Source of the DNA: Candidatus Avelusimicrobium gallicola
Lineage (GTDB): Bacteria > Elusimicrobiota > Elusimicrobia > Elusimicrobiales > UBA9959
Reading direction: 5' to 3'
Assembly (NCBI GenBank): GCA_020722185.1
Contig: DYLH01000002.1
Location: forward strand, 6,312-70,311
DNA: 64,000 bases
Shown here: piece by piece, positions 1-9,294 of the stretch
How the letters are laid out: every line of letters starts with the position of its first letter
Numbering within the stretch: the stretch's first letter is position 1
Notes under the pieces: model-generated
Told to the model about the DNA's origin: nothing
What the model saw: the letters and a program-made list of their open reading frames with translations, nothing else
Databases searched by the model: none
Position numbers and translations under genes: made by a program

Positions 1-1013
1 TTTCTCCCTCTTCTTTTAAGGATATTAAAGAAGTGCCAACCCCAGACAAATACACTGTGGAAGATGTTTCTGATATGCTTAAAATTCCCCCTTCTTCTTT
101 TATAAAAACTGGATTTTATATAGCGGATAATGAGATAGTCCTTGCTCTTGTTAGAGGAGATCATGAAATAAATGAGAATAAGCTTATGAAAGCTCTCGGG
201 TGTTTATCCCTAGAAAGGGCGGATGAAAAGTCATATGAAAAGGCCGCTGGTTGCAAAGTGGGCTTTGCCGGTCCTGTAGGGATAAAAGAAAAAACGGGAG
301 TTATAAAAAAGATAGTTGCAGATCATTATCTAAAAGGAGTCCTCAATGGAGTTAGCGGGGCGAATAAAGATGGCTTCCATATTATGAACATAAATGTAGG
401 AAGAGATTATCAGCCAGATATGTTCGCTGATATAAAAAATGCCTCTAAAGGAGATTTGTGCGTGAAATGTTCTTCTCCCCTTTCTTTTGTCAAAGGTATA
501 GAAGTAGGACAGACTTTTAAACTAGGAACTAAGTATTCTTCTTCACTTAAATGTGACTATTTAGATGAGAATCAAAAGAGTGTTCCTATGGAAATGGGTT
601 GTTACGGGATAGGTGTTTCTAGAACTGTGGCGGCGGCTATAGAGCAAAACAATGATGAATATGGCATAATATGGCCGGCTCCTATAGCTCCTTTCCATGT
701 AGCTCTTATCACTGTGGAGACTGAAGATTCGGCAATATACTCAAAATCCCAGGAAATATACGATACTTTGATAAAGTCTGGTATTGAGGTTTTGTGGGAC
801 GAAAGAAATGAACGACCCGGTATAAAATTCAAAGACGCAGATTTGATAGGACTTCCTTTTAGAATTGTTATAAGCTCTAAAACCTTGAAAGATGGAGAGA
901 TGGAGTATAAGAAAAGATCTCAAAAACAGGCGGTTAGAGTGAAGCTTAATGATTTACCTTCTCTTATTGAAGAAATGAAAAGAGAAATAGCGCCGCTTAC
1001 TGAAAAAATCTAA
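1..1013 (+). CDS. proS: Prolyl-tRNA synthetase, C-terminal part (gene begins upstream of the window)
   Basis: The frame of ORF 33..1013 stays open back to nt 3, so the gene is cut by the window edge. Bacterial-type ProRS features are present: an editing/INS-like segment (ALVRGDHEINENKLMKAL), the class II core GIEVGQTFKLGTKYS, MGCYGIGVSR, and a C-terminal anticodon-binding region (GIEVLWDERNERPGIKFKDADLIGLPFRI). Confidence 0.9.
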   Translation, partial: SPSSFKDIKEVPTPDKYTVEDVSDMLKIPPSSFIKTGFYIADNEIVLALVRGDHEINENKLMKALGCLSLERADEKSYEKAAGCKVGFAGPVGIKEKTGVIKKIVADHYLKGVLNGVSGANKDGFHIMNINVGRDYQPDMFADIKNASKGDLCVKCSSPLSFVKGIEVGQTFKLGTKYSSSLKCDYLDENQKSVPMEMGCYGIGVSRTVAAAIEQNNDEYGIIWPAPIAPFHVALITVETEDSAIYSKSQEIYDTLIKSGIEVLWDERNERPGIKFKDADLIGLPFRIVISSKTLKDGEMEYKKRSQKQAVRVKLNDLPSLIEEMKREIAPLTEKI

Positions 1014-1122
1014 TGGAAAGATGCAATTGAGAGCATAAGTGCTAAAAAAATAAACTACTAAATAACTTTTCTTTGGAACTTACAAACTTTTTCAGGGCAC
1101 TTTCTGGAAATTCTGAGGCTTT

Positions 1123-1872
1123 ATGAAGATTGGACTTTTACAATACAACATAAAATGGGAAGATAAAGAATCAAATAAAACAAAAATAAGAGAAATACTT
1201 GAAAGATCTGATGACAATGCGCAAGTGGATTGGATTATATTTTCAGAAATGACTCTTTCTGGTTTTACGATGAATAGGAAAATTGCGGAGCTTAGTGATT
1301 TGGATAAAAATTTTTTTTCTCAATTAGCCAGAGATTACAATGTAAATATTTCCTTTGGTGGAGTTGAAGATGGATACAATAAGCTAATTACTTTAAATAG
1401 GAAAGGTGAAAGAATAAATGAATATTCAAAAATACATTTGTACTCTTTCGGCAAGGAAAATGAATACTATAAATCAGGAAACAAACAGTCTGCGTTTGAA
1501 TTGGAAGGCCTTAAGATAATGCCAGCGATATGTTTCGATTTGCGTTTTTCATACTTTTTTTGGGATATGGCTGAAAAAGTGGATGCATATATTGTGATAG
1601 CGGCATGGCCTAAGAGCCGAGCTCAACATTGGATGACTCTTTTAAGAGCCAGAGCAATTGAGAATCAGGCCTATTGTTTTGGGGTAAATAGGATTGGGAC
1701 TGAAGGTAAAATCGAATATTCTGGAAATTCTATGGCCTTTAATTCTTTGGGAGAGGTTCTAATAGATGCCGGAAATGATGAGGGCTTATTTGTGAACACT
1801 GCTGATATACGGGCAGATTTGACAGCTGAGATAAGGCAAAAATTTCCTTTTTTAAAGGAAAGGAAAAAGTGA
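1123..1872 (+). CDS. Carbon-nitrogen hydrolase (nitrilase superfamily), YafV/omega-amidase-like
   Basis: 249 aa. The Glu-Lys-Cys triad contexts are IIFSEMTLSG, YSKIHLYSFG and MPAICFDLRF. Size and layout are typical of the small amidase branch. Confidence 0.75.
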   Translation: MKIGLLQYNIKWEDKESNKTKIREILERSDDNAQVDWIIFSEMTLSGFTMNRKIAELSDLDKNFFSQLARDYNVNISFGGVEDGYNKLITLNRKGERINEYSKIHLYSFGKENEYYKSGNKQSAFELEGLKIMPAICFDLRFSYFFWDMAEKVDAYIVIAAWPKSRAQHWMTLLRARAIENQAYCFGVNRIGTEGKIEYSGNSMAFNSLGEVLIDAGNDEGLFVNTADIRADLTAEIRQKFPFLKERKK

Positions 1873-1875
1873 TAT

Positions 1876-1899
1876 AGCGCGTTAAGCTCTTGCGCTTTT
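1876..1899 (+). terminator. Weak stem-loop plus T-run just after the nitrilase stop codon
   Basis: AGCGC (1876-1880) pairs with GCGCT (1892-1896) around an 11-nt loop, followed by TTT. The stem is short, so this is a weak call. Confidence 0.3.
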
Positions 1900-1964
1900 A
1901 TAGCTCTCAATCTCTGCCTAGAATCCTTTGCTTTTGGTGCTTCTAAAATGCTATCATATTATTA

Positions 1965-1998
1965 GTGGCTTGAGGTTAATAGCCACATTATTTTTTTT
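1965..1998 (+). terminator. Hairpin plus T8 run upstream of rimP (terminator of the upstream gene or a leader attenuator)
   Basis: GTGGCT (1965-1970) pairs with AGCCAC (1981-1986) around a 10-nt loop, followed by ATTATTTTTTTT. It ends 13 nt before the rimP ATG. Confidence 0.45.
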
Positions 1999-2011
1999 AA
2001 GAGGAAAAATA

Positions 2012-2476
2012 ATGAATAATAAAGAGTTTGAAGAGAAAATTTCTCCCCTTTTTGCTGAAAGTGGATTTGAAATAGTTGATTTGAAAGTTTCAGGTCAGGG
2101 CGGCAGGCTTCTTTTGCAGATATTTATTGATAAAGAGAATGGAGAAGTAAATCTTGCCGATTGTGAGACATGGACAGATAAAATAGGTTCTTACATAGAT
2201 ATGAACAATATAATTTCTGGTGGATATATAATTGAAGTATCTTCTCCGGGAGTAGATAGAGTGCTTAAGAAAGAAAAAGATTTTCTAAAGTTTAAAGGTA
2301 AAGAAGTGAAGATAATGCTTAAGGTGCCGTTTGACGGAAGCAGGGTTTATTATGCAAAGATAGAGGGATTTGAAAATGGCTCTCCTATCTTTTCAGATGG
2401 CCTGAAATTTACAATGGATCAGATACAGGAAGTTCGGCTTAATCCTGATTATAATGAATTGCTAAAAAATAAATGA
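2012..2476 (+). CDS. rimP: Ribosome maturation factor RimP
   Basis: The ORF track starts at 1928, but an ATG at 2012 follows AGAGGA and gives MNNKEFEEKISPLF. The VSSPGVDRVLK motif and the position directly upstream of nusA match the conserved rimP-nusA-infB order. Confidence 0.85.
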   Translation: MNNKEFEEKISPLFAESGFEIVDLKVSGQGGRLLLQIFIDKENGEVNLADCETWTDKIGSYIDMNNIISGGYIIEVSSPGVDRVLKKEKDFLKFKGKEVKIMLKVPFDGSRVYYAKIEGFENGSPIFSDGLKFTMDQIQEVRLNPDYNELLKNK

Positions 2477-2508
2477 GTTAAAATAAATTTAAAATAAGTG
2501 AGGTAAAA

Positions 2509-3804
2509 ATGGAAAAAGAAAATAAAACAAAAGGCGAGTTTATGGTGATACTTGAACAGTTGGAGAGAGAAAAAAACATAAAGAAAGACGATATATTTAA
2601 AACTATAAAGGATGCGCTTTCTTCTGCTTTGAGAAAAAATTATGGAAAGACTGTGCAGATTGAAACTGATATAGATCCCGACACAGCTGAGATGAAGGCC
2701 TTTCTCATAAAGAAGGTTGTAAAGGATGTATATACTCCGGACATTGAAATAGGCCTTGAGTCAGCTAAAAAGTACAAAGAGGATGCCGCTCTCGACGAAG
2801 AAATTAGGATTCCCGTAGATGTAAAGGATTTTGCAAGAATAGCGGCTCAGACAGCAAAACAGGTACTTCTTCAGAAAATAAGAGAGATAGAAAAGGATAA
2901 GATCTATGAAGAGTTCAAGCCCAGAGAAGGAGAGATAGTTACGGGACTTGCAAATCATCTCATAGGACGGGATATATTTGTGGATATAGGAAAGGCTGAA
3001 GCTGTTTTACCTTATTCTGAGCAAATACACAAAGAAAGATACTTCGTGAATGATAGGATAAAGGCTATAATACAAAGGGTAGAGAAAGACAGAGCGTATC
3101 AGATAGTGCTTTCAAGGGGTTCTGTGGAGTTTCTCAAAGCTCTTTTTGTAAATGAAGTCCCTGAAATAGCTGATGGGGTAGTTGAATTGGTCAAAGTGGT
3201 TAGAGATCCTGGTGTAAGGTCAAAGGTTATTGTAAAGACTAACTCTTCCAAAGTAGATCCTGTTGGCTCATGCGTGGGAGTCCGTGGTTCAAGAATAAAA
3301 ATGATAATGGGTGAGCTTTCAAATGAAAAGATAGATTTGATACCCTACACAGAGGATATAGTTCAGCTTATTGCCAGATCTTTTTCTCCGGCAAAAGTTC
3401 TCTCTGTGGCCATAGACAAGGCCAATAAAAGAGCTATAGTTATAGTTCCAGACGATCAGCTTGCTATAGCAATAGGTAGAGGCGGAGTAAATAAAAGACT
3501 TGCCTCAGAAATAACTGGTTACTCTTTTGAGGTTAAATCAGAAGGTCAAAAAAGCGAAGAAAATGCTAAAAGTGTCAAAGGACAAGTCGATGAATTATTG
3601 AAAATAGAAGGATTAGGTCAAAAAACTGCGGAAACCCTTGCAGCGATGGGCTATGTGGATCCTCAGAAAATAGCAAAGATGAAACCAGAGGATCTTTCTT
3701 CCCTTCAGGGAATAGGAGAAAAAACAGCAAACAAGATAATAGAAGGCGCCAAGAAGCTTGTGGATGAAAAAAATAATTCTCAAGAAGAGATGGAAAATAA
3801 ATAA
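2509..3804 (+). CDS. nusA: Transcription termination/antitermination factor NusA
   Basis: 431 aa. It has an N-terminal domain, an S1-like region (GEIVTGLANHLIGRDIFVDIGKAEAVLP), two KH regions (VGSCVGVRGSRIKMI and AIGRGGVNKRLASEITG) and a C-terminal HhH-like repeat. The RBS is GTGAGGT. Confidence 0.95.
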   Translation: MEKENKTKGEFMVILEQLEREKNIKKDDIFKTIKDALSSALRKNYGKTVQIETDIDPDTAEMKAFLIKKVVKDVYTPDIEIGLESAKKYKEDAALDEEIRIPVDVKDFARIAAQTAKQVLLQKIREIEKDKIYEEFKPREGEIVTGLANHLIGRDIFVDIGKAEAVLPYSEQIHKERYFVNDRIKAIIQRVEKDRAYQIVLSRGSVEFLKALFVNEVPEIADGVVELVKVVRDPGVRSKVIVKTNSSKVDPVGSCVGVRGSRIKMIMGELSNEKIDLIPYTEDIVQLIARSFSPAKVLSVAIDKANKRAIVIVPDDQLAIAIGRGGVNKRLASEITGYSFEVKSEGQKSEENAKSVKGQVDELLKIEGLGQKTAETLAAMGYVDPQKIAKMKPEDLSSLQGIGEKTANKIIEGAKKLVDEKNNSQEEMENK

Positions 3805-3820
3805 AAAATGAGGTGTGATA

Positions 3821-6151
3821 ATGCCTGCTAAAAAAGAAAATAATGATTTAAAAAAAGAAAAGCCGAATTCTTCAAAAACTGTAAAAAAACAATTAACAGA
3901 AGAAGAAAAAGCAGCAAAAAGACGAGCCTTGCTTGAGAAGGTCAGAAAAGGTAATCCTAAGTCAAATTCTGAAAATTTGGCAAAGGAGGAGAAAGAGCCA
4001 AAAAAGGTTCAGAAAAAATCTTTGACACAAGAAGAAAAGTCGGCTAAAAGACGAGCTTTGCTTGAAAAAGCTAGACTTAAAAAAGAAGGTTTGCTCCCGG
4101 AAAAAAATATTGACGCTATAGAAAAAGAAGATGATAAGGAAAAAGAGGAAGTAGAAGTTGAGGAAGTTGTAGAAAAGAAAGAGTCTCCCAAAAGCGAGCC
4201 TATCAAAAAGGAAAATGAGGGAAATTTTGAAACTTATACCATAACTGATTCTTCAATTTCGTCACATCACTCAAGACCAAAAACTTCGACACAAAAAACT
4301 AAGGTTGAATCCTCTCCTAAACCTCAGCCAAAGGCGGAAGAGCCACCAAAGCAGGAAGCGCAAGAAGAAGTTTCTCAGCCCAAAGTGGAATTAAAGAAAC
4401 TTCAGGTTTCCACACAGGTCAATGTCAGAGAATTGGCAGAAAAAATGGAAATAAAACCTGCGGATCTAATAAAGAAACTTATTTCTATGGGAGTTTTTGC
4501 TACTATAACACAAAGACTTGATCCAGATACCGCTGTTTTAGTTGCTATGGATTATGGGTATGATTTAGAAATGATTCCTCTTTATTCCGGGGAAAAGGTT
4601 GAAGAGGAGGAAGAAAAAGAGGATCCCTCTTTGCTTAAACCTCGCCCCCCCGTGATGACAATTATGGGACATGTGGATCATGGCAAAACAACTTTACTGG
4701 ATGCTTTGAGAAGCTCAAATGTTGTTGACAATGAGGCGGGACAGATAACGCAACACATAGGAGCTTATACAGTAAAGACAGAGAAAGGTTTAATAACTGT
4801 TCTAGATACCCCGGGTCATGAGGCTTTTACAGCCATGAGAGCTCACGGTGTAAAAATTACAGATATCGTGATTATAGTTGTTTCAGCGGCAGATGGTGTG
4901 ATGCCTCAAACTATTGAAGCTATAAACCATGCCAAAGCCGCCAATGTCCCAATCATAGTAGCAATAAACAAGATTGATTTGCCGACTGCAAATCCACAAA
5001 ATGTGAAAAACCAGCTGTCAAATTATGGACTGATCCCGGAAGAATGGGGCGGAAAAGTGCCAATGGTTGAAATTTCAGCTAAGAAGAAATTAAATCTAGA
5101 TAAATTGTTAGAAGTAGTTCATATACAAGCTGAAATAATGGAGCTTAAAGCAAATCCAGATCGTAGAGGATATGGTATAGTCATAGAGGCAAAAAAAGAT
5201 GCCAAAAAAGGAATACTGGCCACTATAATATGCACTAAAGGAACAATAAAGATAGGAGATCCATTTATAGTTGGAACAGGATATGGCAAAGTAAGAGCAT
5301 TGACAAATGATCTTGGACAAAGAATAAATTCTCTTACCCCCGCCATGCCGGCTGAATTGCTTGGCATAAACGGAGAAGTCCCACTAGCGGGAGATGCTCT
5401 TAAAGTGTTAGAGAGTGAAAAAGAAGCCAGGCATATATCAGAAACAAGAAGAATGCACAAAAAACAGGAAGATCTTATTCATCAGAAAAATGTTTCTCTT
5501 CTTTCTCTTAAATCCCAAGTTGAGCAAAATAGTCTTAAAATGCTCAATATTGTTTTAAAAACTGATGTATATGGCTCTATGCAGGCGATCAAAGACTCAT
5601 TAGAAAAACTCAGCAATCCGGAAGTTGCCATACATGTCATACATTCGGGAGTGGGAGATGTGACAGAGTCTGATGTGATGTTGGCCAAAGCTTCAAATGC
5701 CATAATATTCGGTTTTCATGTGGATGCCGAGAACAGGATAAAAGAAGAGGCGGAAAAGTCAGGAGTGGAGATAAGAAATTATTCGATAATATACGACTTA
5801 ATTGAAGATCTCAAAGCTGCGATGAGCGGAATGCTTGAACCAGAGATAGTTGAAACTGTTGTTGGAAATGTTGAAGTTATGCAAGTATTCAATCTAAGTT
5901 CGGGAAAAGTGGCCGGGTCCATTGTAAGAGAAGGAAAAGTGACGAGAGGAGCTTTTGTCAAGATAATAAGAAATTCTAAAGAGTTTGGACAGGCGAGAAT
6001 TTCTGGACTTAAGCGTTTTAAAGATGATGTGAAGGAAGTGGAAAAAGGAGTTGAGTGCGGAATATCTCTGGATGGATTCTCTGATTTGCAGATTGGAGAT
6101 ATTTTTCAAGTCTATGTCAAAGAAGAGAAGCTCAGGAGAATTAATGTTTGA
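3821..6151 (+). CDS. infB: Translation initiation factor IF-2
   Basis: GTPase motifs GHVDHGKTTLLD, DTPGHEAF and NKID, preceded by a long Lys/Glu-rich N-terminal region. The ATG at 3821 follows GAGGTG. A GTG at 3815 is an alternative start. Confidence 0.95.
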   Translation: MPAKKENNDLKKEKPNSSKTVKKQLTEEEKAAKRRALLEKVRKGNPKSNSENLAKEEKEPKKVQKKSLTQEEKSAKRRALLEKARLKKEGLLPEKNIDAIEKEDDKEKEEVEVEEVVEKKESPKSEPIKKENEGNFETYTITDSSISSHHSRPKTSTQKTKVESSPKPQPKAEEPPKQEAQEEVSQPKVELKKLQVSTQVNVRELAEKMEIKPADLIKKLISMGVFATITQRLDPDTAVLVAMDYGYDLEMIPLYSGEKVEEEEEKEDPSLLKPRPPVMTIMGHVDHGKTTLLDALRSSNVVDNEAGQITQHIGAYTVKTEKGLITVLDTPGHEAFTAMRAHGVKITDIVIIVVSAADGVMPQTIEAINHAKAANVPIIVAINKIDLPTANPQNVKNQLSNYGLIPEEWGGKVPMVEISAKKKLNLDKLLEVVHIQAEIMELKANPDRRGYGIVIEAKKDAKKGILATIICTKGTIKIGDPFIVGTGYGKVRALTNDLGQRINSLTPAMPAELLGINGEVPLAGDALKVLESEKEARHISETRRMHKKQEDLIHQKNVSLLSLKSQVEQNSLKMLNIVLKTDVYGSMQAIKDSLEKLSNPEVAIHVIHSGVGDVTESDVMLAKASNAIIFGFHVDAENRIKEEAEKSGVEIRNYSIIYDLIEDLKAAMSGMLEPEIVETVVGNVEVMQVFNLSSGKVAGSIVREGKVTRGAFVKIIRNSKEFGQARISGLKRFKDDVKEVEKGVECGISLDGFSDLQIGDIFQVYVKEEKLRRINV

Positions 6152-6515
6152 TAGAAATAATAGACTTCAATCTCTTTTCCTTGAAGAAGTCAATCTCTTG
6201 CTTATGTCTAAAGAGGAGTTGAAAAATGATGGTATATTTACTGTAACAGGTGTCGAGATACTTGATGAAGGAAAAGTTCTTAAGGTCTATTTTTCCGTAT
6301 TTGGATCTTCTAAAACTGAAATGGAAAATCTCAAAAAAATAGAAGGTTTTTCCAGAGAAATAAAAAGATCAATGAAAAAACGGCTTAGACTGAAAATAAT
6401 CCCAAATATAATTTTTCAGTATGATAGTACTCCGGAAAGGGCGGGTAAAATAGAGGAATTGTTTAAAAAGATAAATGCGGAGAGAGAAGATGATATCCAC
6501 AGTTCCAAAGATTGA
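6144..6515 (+). CDS. rbfA: Ribosome-binding factor A
   Basis: The ATG at 6144 follows AGGAGA and overlaps the infB stop codon, giving MFDRNNRLQSLFLEEV. Size and position after infB are typical. The longer ORF from 6051 lies inside infB and was not used. Confidence 0.85.
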   Translation: MFDRNNRLQSLFLEEVNLLLMSKEELKNDGIFTVTGVEILDEGKVLKVYFSVFGSSKTEMENLKKIEGFSREIKRSMKKRLRLKIIPNIIFQYDSTPERAGKIEELFKKINAEREDDIHSSKD

Positions 6516-7476
6516 AGAGGAATTTGAAAAGTTAAGGGAAGTAATCCTTTCATATGAAAAATTCTTTCTTGCTCCTCATCTAAATCCAGACGGCGATGCC
6601 ATAGGGTCTATGCTTGCTTTTTATTCGCTCTTGAATCGTCTTGGAAAGAAAGTCTATCTTTTTTCTCAAGATTCTATCCCATCAAATCTTTTTTTTCTTA
6701 AGGATATAAAAAAAATAAAAAGATCGATTCCAGAGCATATTGAAGAGAAAACAGTATTGGTTCTGTTTGAGTGTTCTGTCCCAAAAAGAGCGGGAGACAT
6801 AGAAAAAGTTTTAAAAGATGCTTCTAGAATTGTAAATATAGATCATCATAAAACGGCTGAGTTGTATGGAGATATAAATATATTAGATTTTTCATCATCT
6901 TCTACAGCAGAAATTATTTACAGATTTTTTTATCATATAAAATTAAAAATACTTAAAAAAGAGGCAGCCAGCCTTTACACCGGGATAGTGACAGATACGG
7001 GAAGATTTCATTTTCCAATAACCAGCCCTAGAACGCATGAAATAGCGGCAAGGCTTATTGAGGAAGGTTTTGACGCTTCAAAGATAAATGACATAATATA
7101 TGCCACAAAACCTTATGAAAGCCTCAAGATGCTAGGAAGAGCTCTGGAAAGCCTTACTTTGCTTAAAAAAAATAAAGTTGCGATAATGACTCTTAAGCTA
7201 GAGGATTTTTCTCATTTCAAAGCTTCCAGTGAGCATACAGAAAACATTATAAATTATGGAATGATGATAAAAAATGTCAAAGTGTGTGTTCTGTTTAAGG
7301 AAGAAAATGATAAGGTTGCTGTGACATTTCGTTCTAAGGGAGATATAGATGTGAGTAAGATAGCCGCAGTTTTCTCTGGTGGCGGACACAAGAATGCCAG
7401 TGGCTGTAAATTGGCTATTCCACTTGAAGAAGCTAAAGAGAAGGTTTTATTAGAGATTTATAAATGGATAAAGTAA
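6490..7476 (+). CDS. nrnA: DHH/DHHA1 phosphoesterase (NrnA-like oligoribonuclease/pAp phosphatase)
   Basis: Motifs HLNPDGDAIGS, NIDHH, TDTGRF and the C-terminal GGGHKNASGC. The start could be 6475 or 6490. Confidence 0.8.
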   Translation: MISTVPKIEEEFEKLREVILSYEKFFLAPHLNPDGDAIGSMLAFYSLLNRLGKKVYLFSQDSIPSNLFFLKDIKKIKRSIPEHIEEKTVLVLFECSVPKRAGDIEKVLKDASRIVNIDHHKTAELYGDINILDFSSSSTAEIIYRFFYHIKLKILKKEAASLYTGIVTDTGRFHFPITSPRTHEIAARLIEEGFDASKINDIIYATKPYESLKMLGRALESLTLLKKNKVAIMTLKLEDFSHFKASSEHTENIINYGMMIKNVKVCVLFKEENDKVAVTFRSKGDIDVSKIAAVFSGGGHKNASGCKLAIPLEEAKEKVLLEIYKWIK

Positions 7477-8150
7477 AAAGTATATCTGGAATAATACTTC
7501 TAGATAAGCCCTCCGGCCCCACTTCTCATGACATGGTTTATAAAGCAAGAAATAAAACAGGTATTTCCACTATAGGCCATAGCGGAACATTAGATCCCGC
7601 CGCGACGGGGCTTCTTATACTCCTTGTGGGCAGAGATGCCACAAAAAGGCAAATGGAGTTTCTTAAAATGGATAAAGTTTATTCTGGCACAATAATTTTT
7701 GGCATTGAAACGGATACATGGGATATGCAAGGTAAAGTTATTTCAAAAATGGAAAATTTTAATATAGATACCGAGCAATTGAGCCATTGTATCTCTAATT
7801 TAAGTGGAGAAATTACTCAGCAAGTCCCGCCATATTCTGCGGCAAAAAAAGGCGGAGTGCCGCTTTATAAAATGGCACGGCGCAATATGCCAGTTCCTTT
7901 TATTGAAAAAAAAGTTAAAGTAAAATGGCTTGAGACATCTTTTAATGGTTTAGAGCTTTCATTTGTGGTGCAGTGTTCATCTGGAACTTATATAAGGTCT
8001 TTGGCTAAGAAGCTTGGAGATATGCTTTCTGTGAAGGCGGCTCTTAAGACGCTTAGAAGGGAAAAAATAGGCCCTTATAGCGTAGAAGATGCCTTTGAAT
8101 TAAAAGATTTTGAAAATGCTTCATTAAATGATGTTATAATCCCCATATGA
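7464..8150 (+). CDS. truB: tRNA pseudouridine-55 synthase
   Basis: GIILLDKPSGPTSHD and GHSGTLDPAATGLL, which carries the catalytic Asp. The gene overlaps the nrnA end. Confidence 0.9.
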   Translation: MDKVKSISGIILLDKPSGPTSHDMVYKARNKTGISTIGHSGTLDPAATGLLILLVGRDATKRQMEFLKMDKVYSGTIIFGIETDTWDMQGKVISKMENFNIDTEQLSHCISNLSGEITQQVPPYSAAKKGGVPLYKMARRNMPVPFIEKKVKVKWLETSFNGLELSFVVQCSSGTYIRSLAKKLGDMLSVKAALKTLRREKIGPYSVEDAFELKDFENASLNDVIIPI

Positions 8151-9055
8151 CTTACAAAAAAACCGCATTGACAATAGGAACCTTTGACGGAGTTCATCTG
8201 GGACATGCGACAATAATATCCAGACTCAAAGAATTTTCTCAAATATATGGGCTTATTAGTAAAATCATTTTCTTTTCCATTCCCCCAAAATTATATATAT
8301 CTGGAAAATTTAGCGGAAATCTCATAACACTCCCAGAAGAGAGAAAAAGCATTTTTTCGTCAATGGGAATAGATGAAGTTTTGGAAATAAATTTTGATGA
8401 AAAATTTCAAAATACAGAGGCAAATGCTTTCTTTGAGAAAAATATTATAGAAAAACATAGGGCAGGTGCTTTGATAGTTGGCAAAGATTTTGCCATGGGA
8501 AAAGGCAGGAAAGGAGATGTTCATTTTTTAAAAGATAAATGCCTTAAACACTCGATTAATTTTGATAAAGTTGATCCTTTGCGTTTTGAAAATCAGAGAA
8601 TTTCTTCAACTCTTATAAGAGATTTTATAAAAAAGGGCGATATGGAGAAGGCAAATTACTGTATGGGTCGTCCTTACTGCATAACTGGCAGAGTTATAAA
8701 AGGAGCAGGGCTTGGCAGAAAACTTGGATTCCCTACGGCTAATCTTGAAGTAGATTCCAGAAAAATACTGCCGGAGGGAATTTTTGCTGTCAAAATACTT
8801 TGCCGTGGCAATATCTTTTCAGCCGTCTCCAGTATAGGGATAAGACCAACTTTTAAAACTCTTGATATGCGTCTTCTTGCTGAAGTGCATATACTTGACT
8901 TCTCAGAGGATATATACGGAGAGGAAGTTAAGGTATTCTTTTATAAGAAATTGAGACCAGAAATGAAGTTCTCAGGTACTGAGGCTCTTTGCGCGCAAAT
9001 AAATAAAGACATAAATCATGCAAGGAAGGCTCTTTCTAGTATTTCTCGCATTTGA
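8147..9055 (+). CDS. ribF: Bifunctional riboflavin kinase / FAD synthetase
   Basis: The N-terminal nucleotidyltransferase motif is GTFDGVHLGH. The C-terminal kinase region reads GRVIKGAGLGRKLGFPTANL. An ATGA overlap links it to truB. Confidence 0.9.
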   Translation: MTYKKTALTIGTFDGVHLGHATIISRLKEFSQIYGLISKIIFFSIPPKLYISGKFSGNLITLPEERKSIFSSMGIDEVLEINFDEKFQNTEANAFFEKNIIEKHRAGALIVGKDFAMGKGRKGDVHFLKDKCLKHSINFDKVDPLRFENQRISSTLIRDFIKKGDMEKANYCMGRPYCITGRVIKGAGLGRKLGFPTANLEVDSRKILPEGIFAVKILCRGNIFSAVSSIGIRPTFKTLDMRLLAEVHILDFSEDIYGEEVKVFFYKKLRPEMKFSGTEALCAQINKDINHARKALSSISRI

Positions 9056-9087
9056 CAACTAATGGAAAATCTCATAGAATTTTATTT

Positions 9088-9294
9088 ATGAAACATATAG
9101 TGAAGTTAGTTTTTTTTGTTTCGTGGGTTTTATCTCTTTTGCTAACCGCGTATATGTTTTATATAACGATGGAATCAGTAAATTCTTCTGCTCAGAAATG
9201 GGGATATGCTGTTATGTATGCAATTACAGTAATAGCCTCAAGCCTTATTACATATAATGTCCTTTTCCCGCAAATTCACGATGACGAAGACTGA
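9088..9294 (+). CDS. Small two-TM membrane protein, function unknown
   Basis: 68 aa from the ATG at 9088 (MKHIVKLVFFVSWVLSLLLTAYMFY...). It has two hydrophobic helices and an acidic tail (HDDED). Its end overlaps the next gene. No homology was recognised. Confidence 0.4.
   Translation: MKHIVKLVFFVSWVLSLLLTAYMFYITMESVNSSAQKWGYAVMYAITVIASSLITYNVLFPQIHDDED

Noticed and set aside
1928-2011. N-terminal extensions offered by the ORF track: rimP from 1928, rbfA from 6051, the small membrane protein from 9052, the response regulator from 20735, nuoE to 35551, fabG to 41041, the SpoIID protein to 46869, ackA to 57954 and the ACAD to 39251.
   Set aside because: In each case an internal ATG with a better RBS, a canonical family N-terminus or a signal peptide removes an implausible overlap with the upstream gene.
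3830-4400. Low-complexity A/G-rich DNA that might look like a repeat array.
   Set aside because: It is the Lys/Glu/Pro-rich N-terminal coding region of infB, in frame and continuous with the GTPase domain. It is not a CRISPR or satellite repeat.
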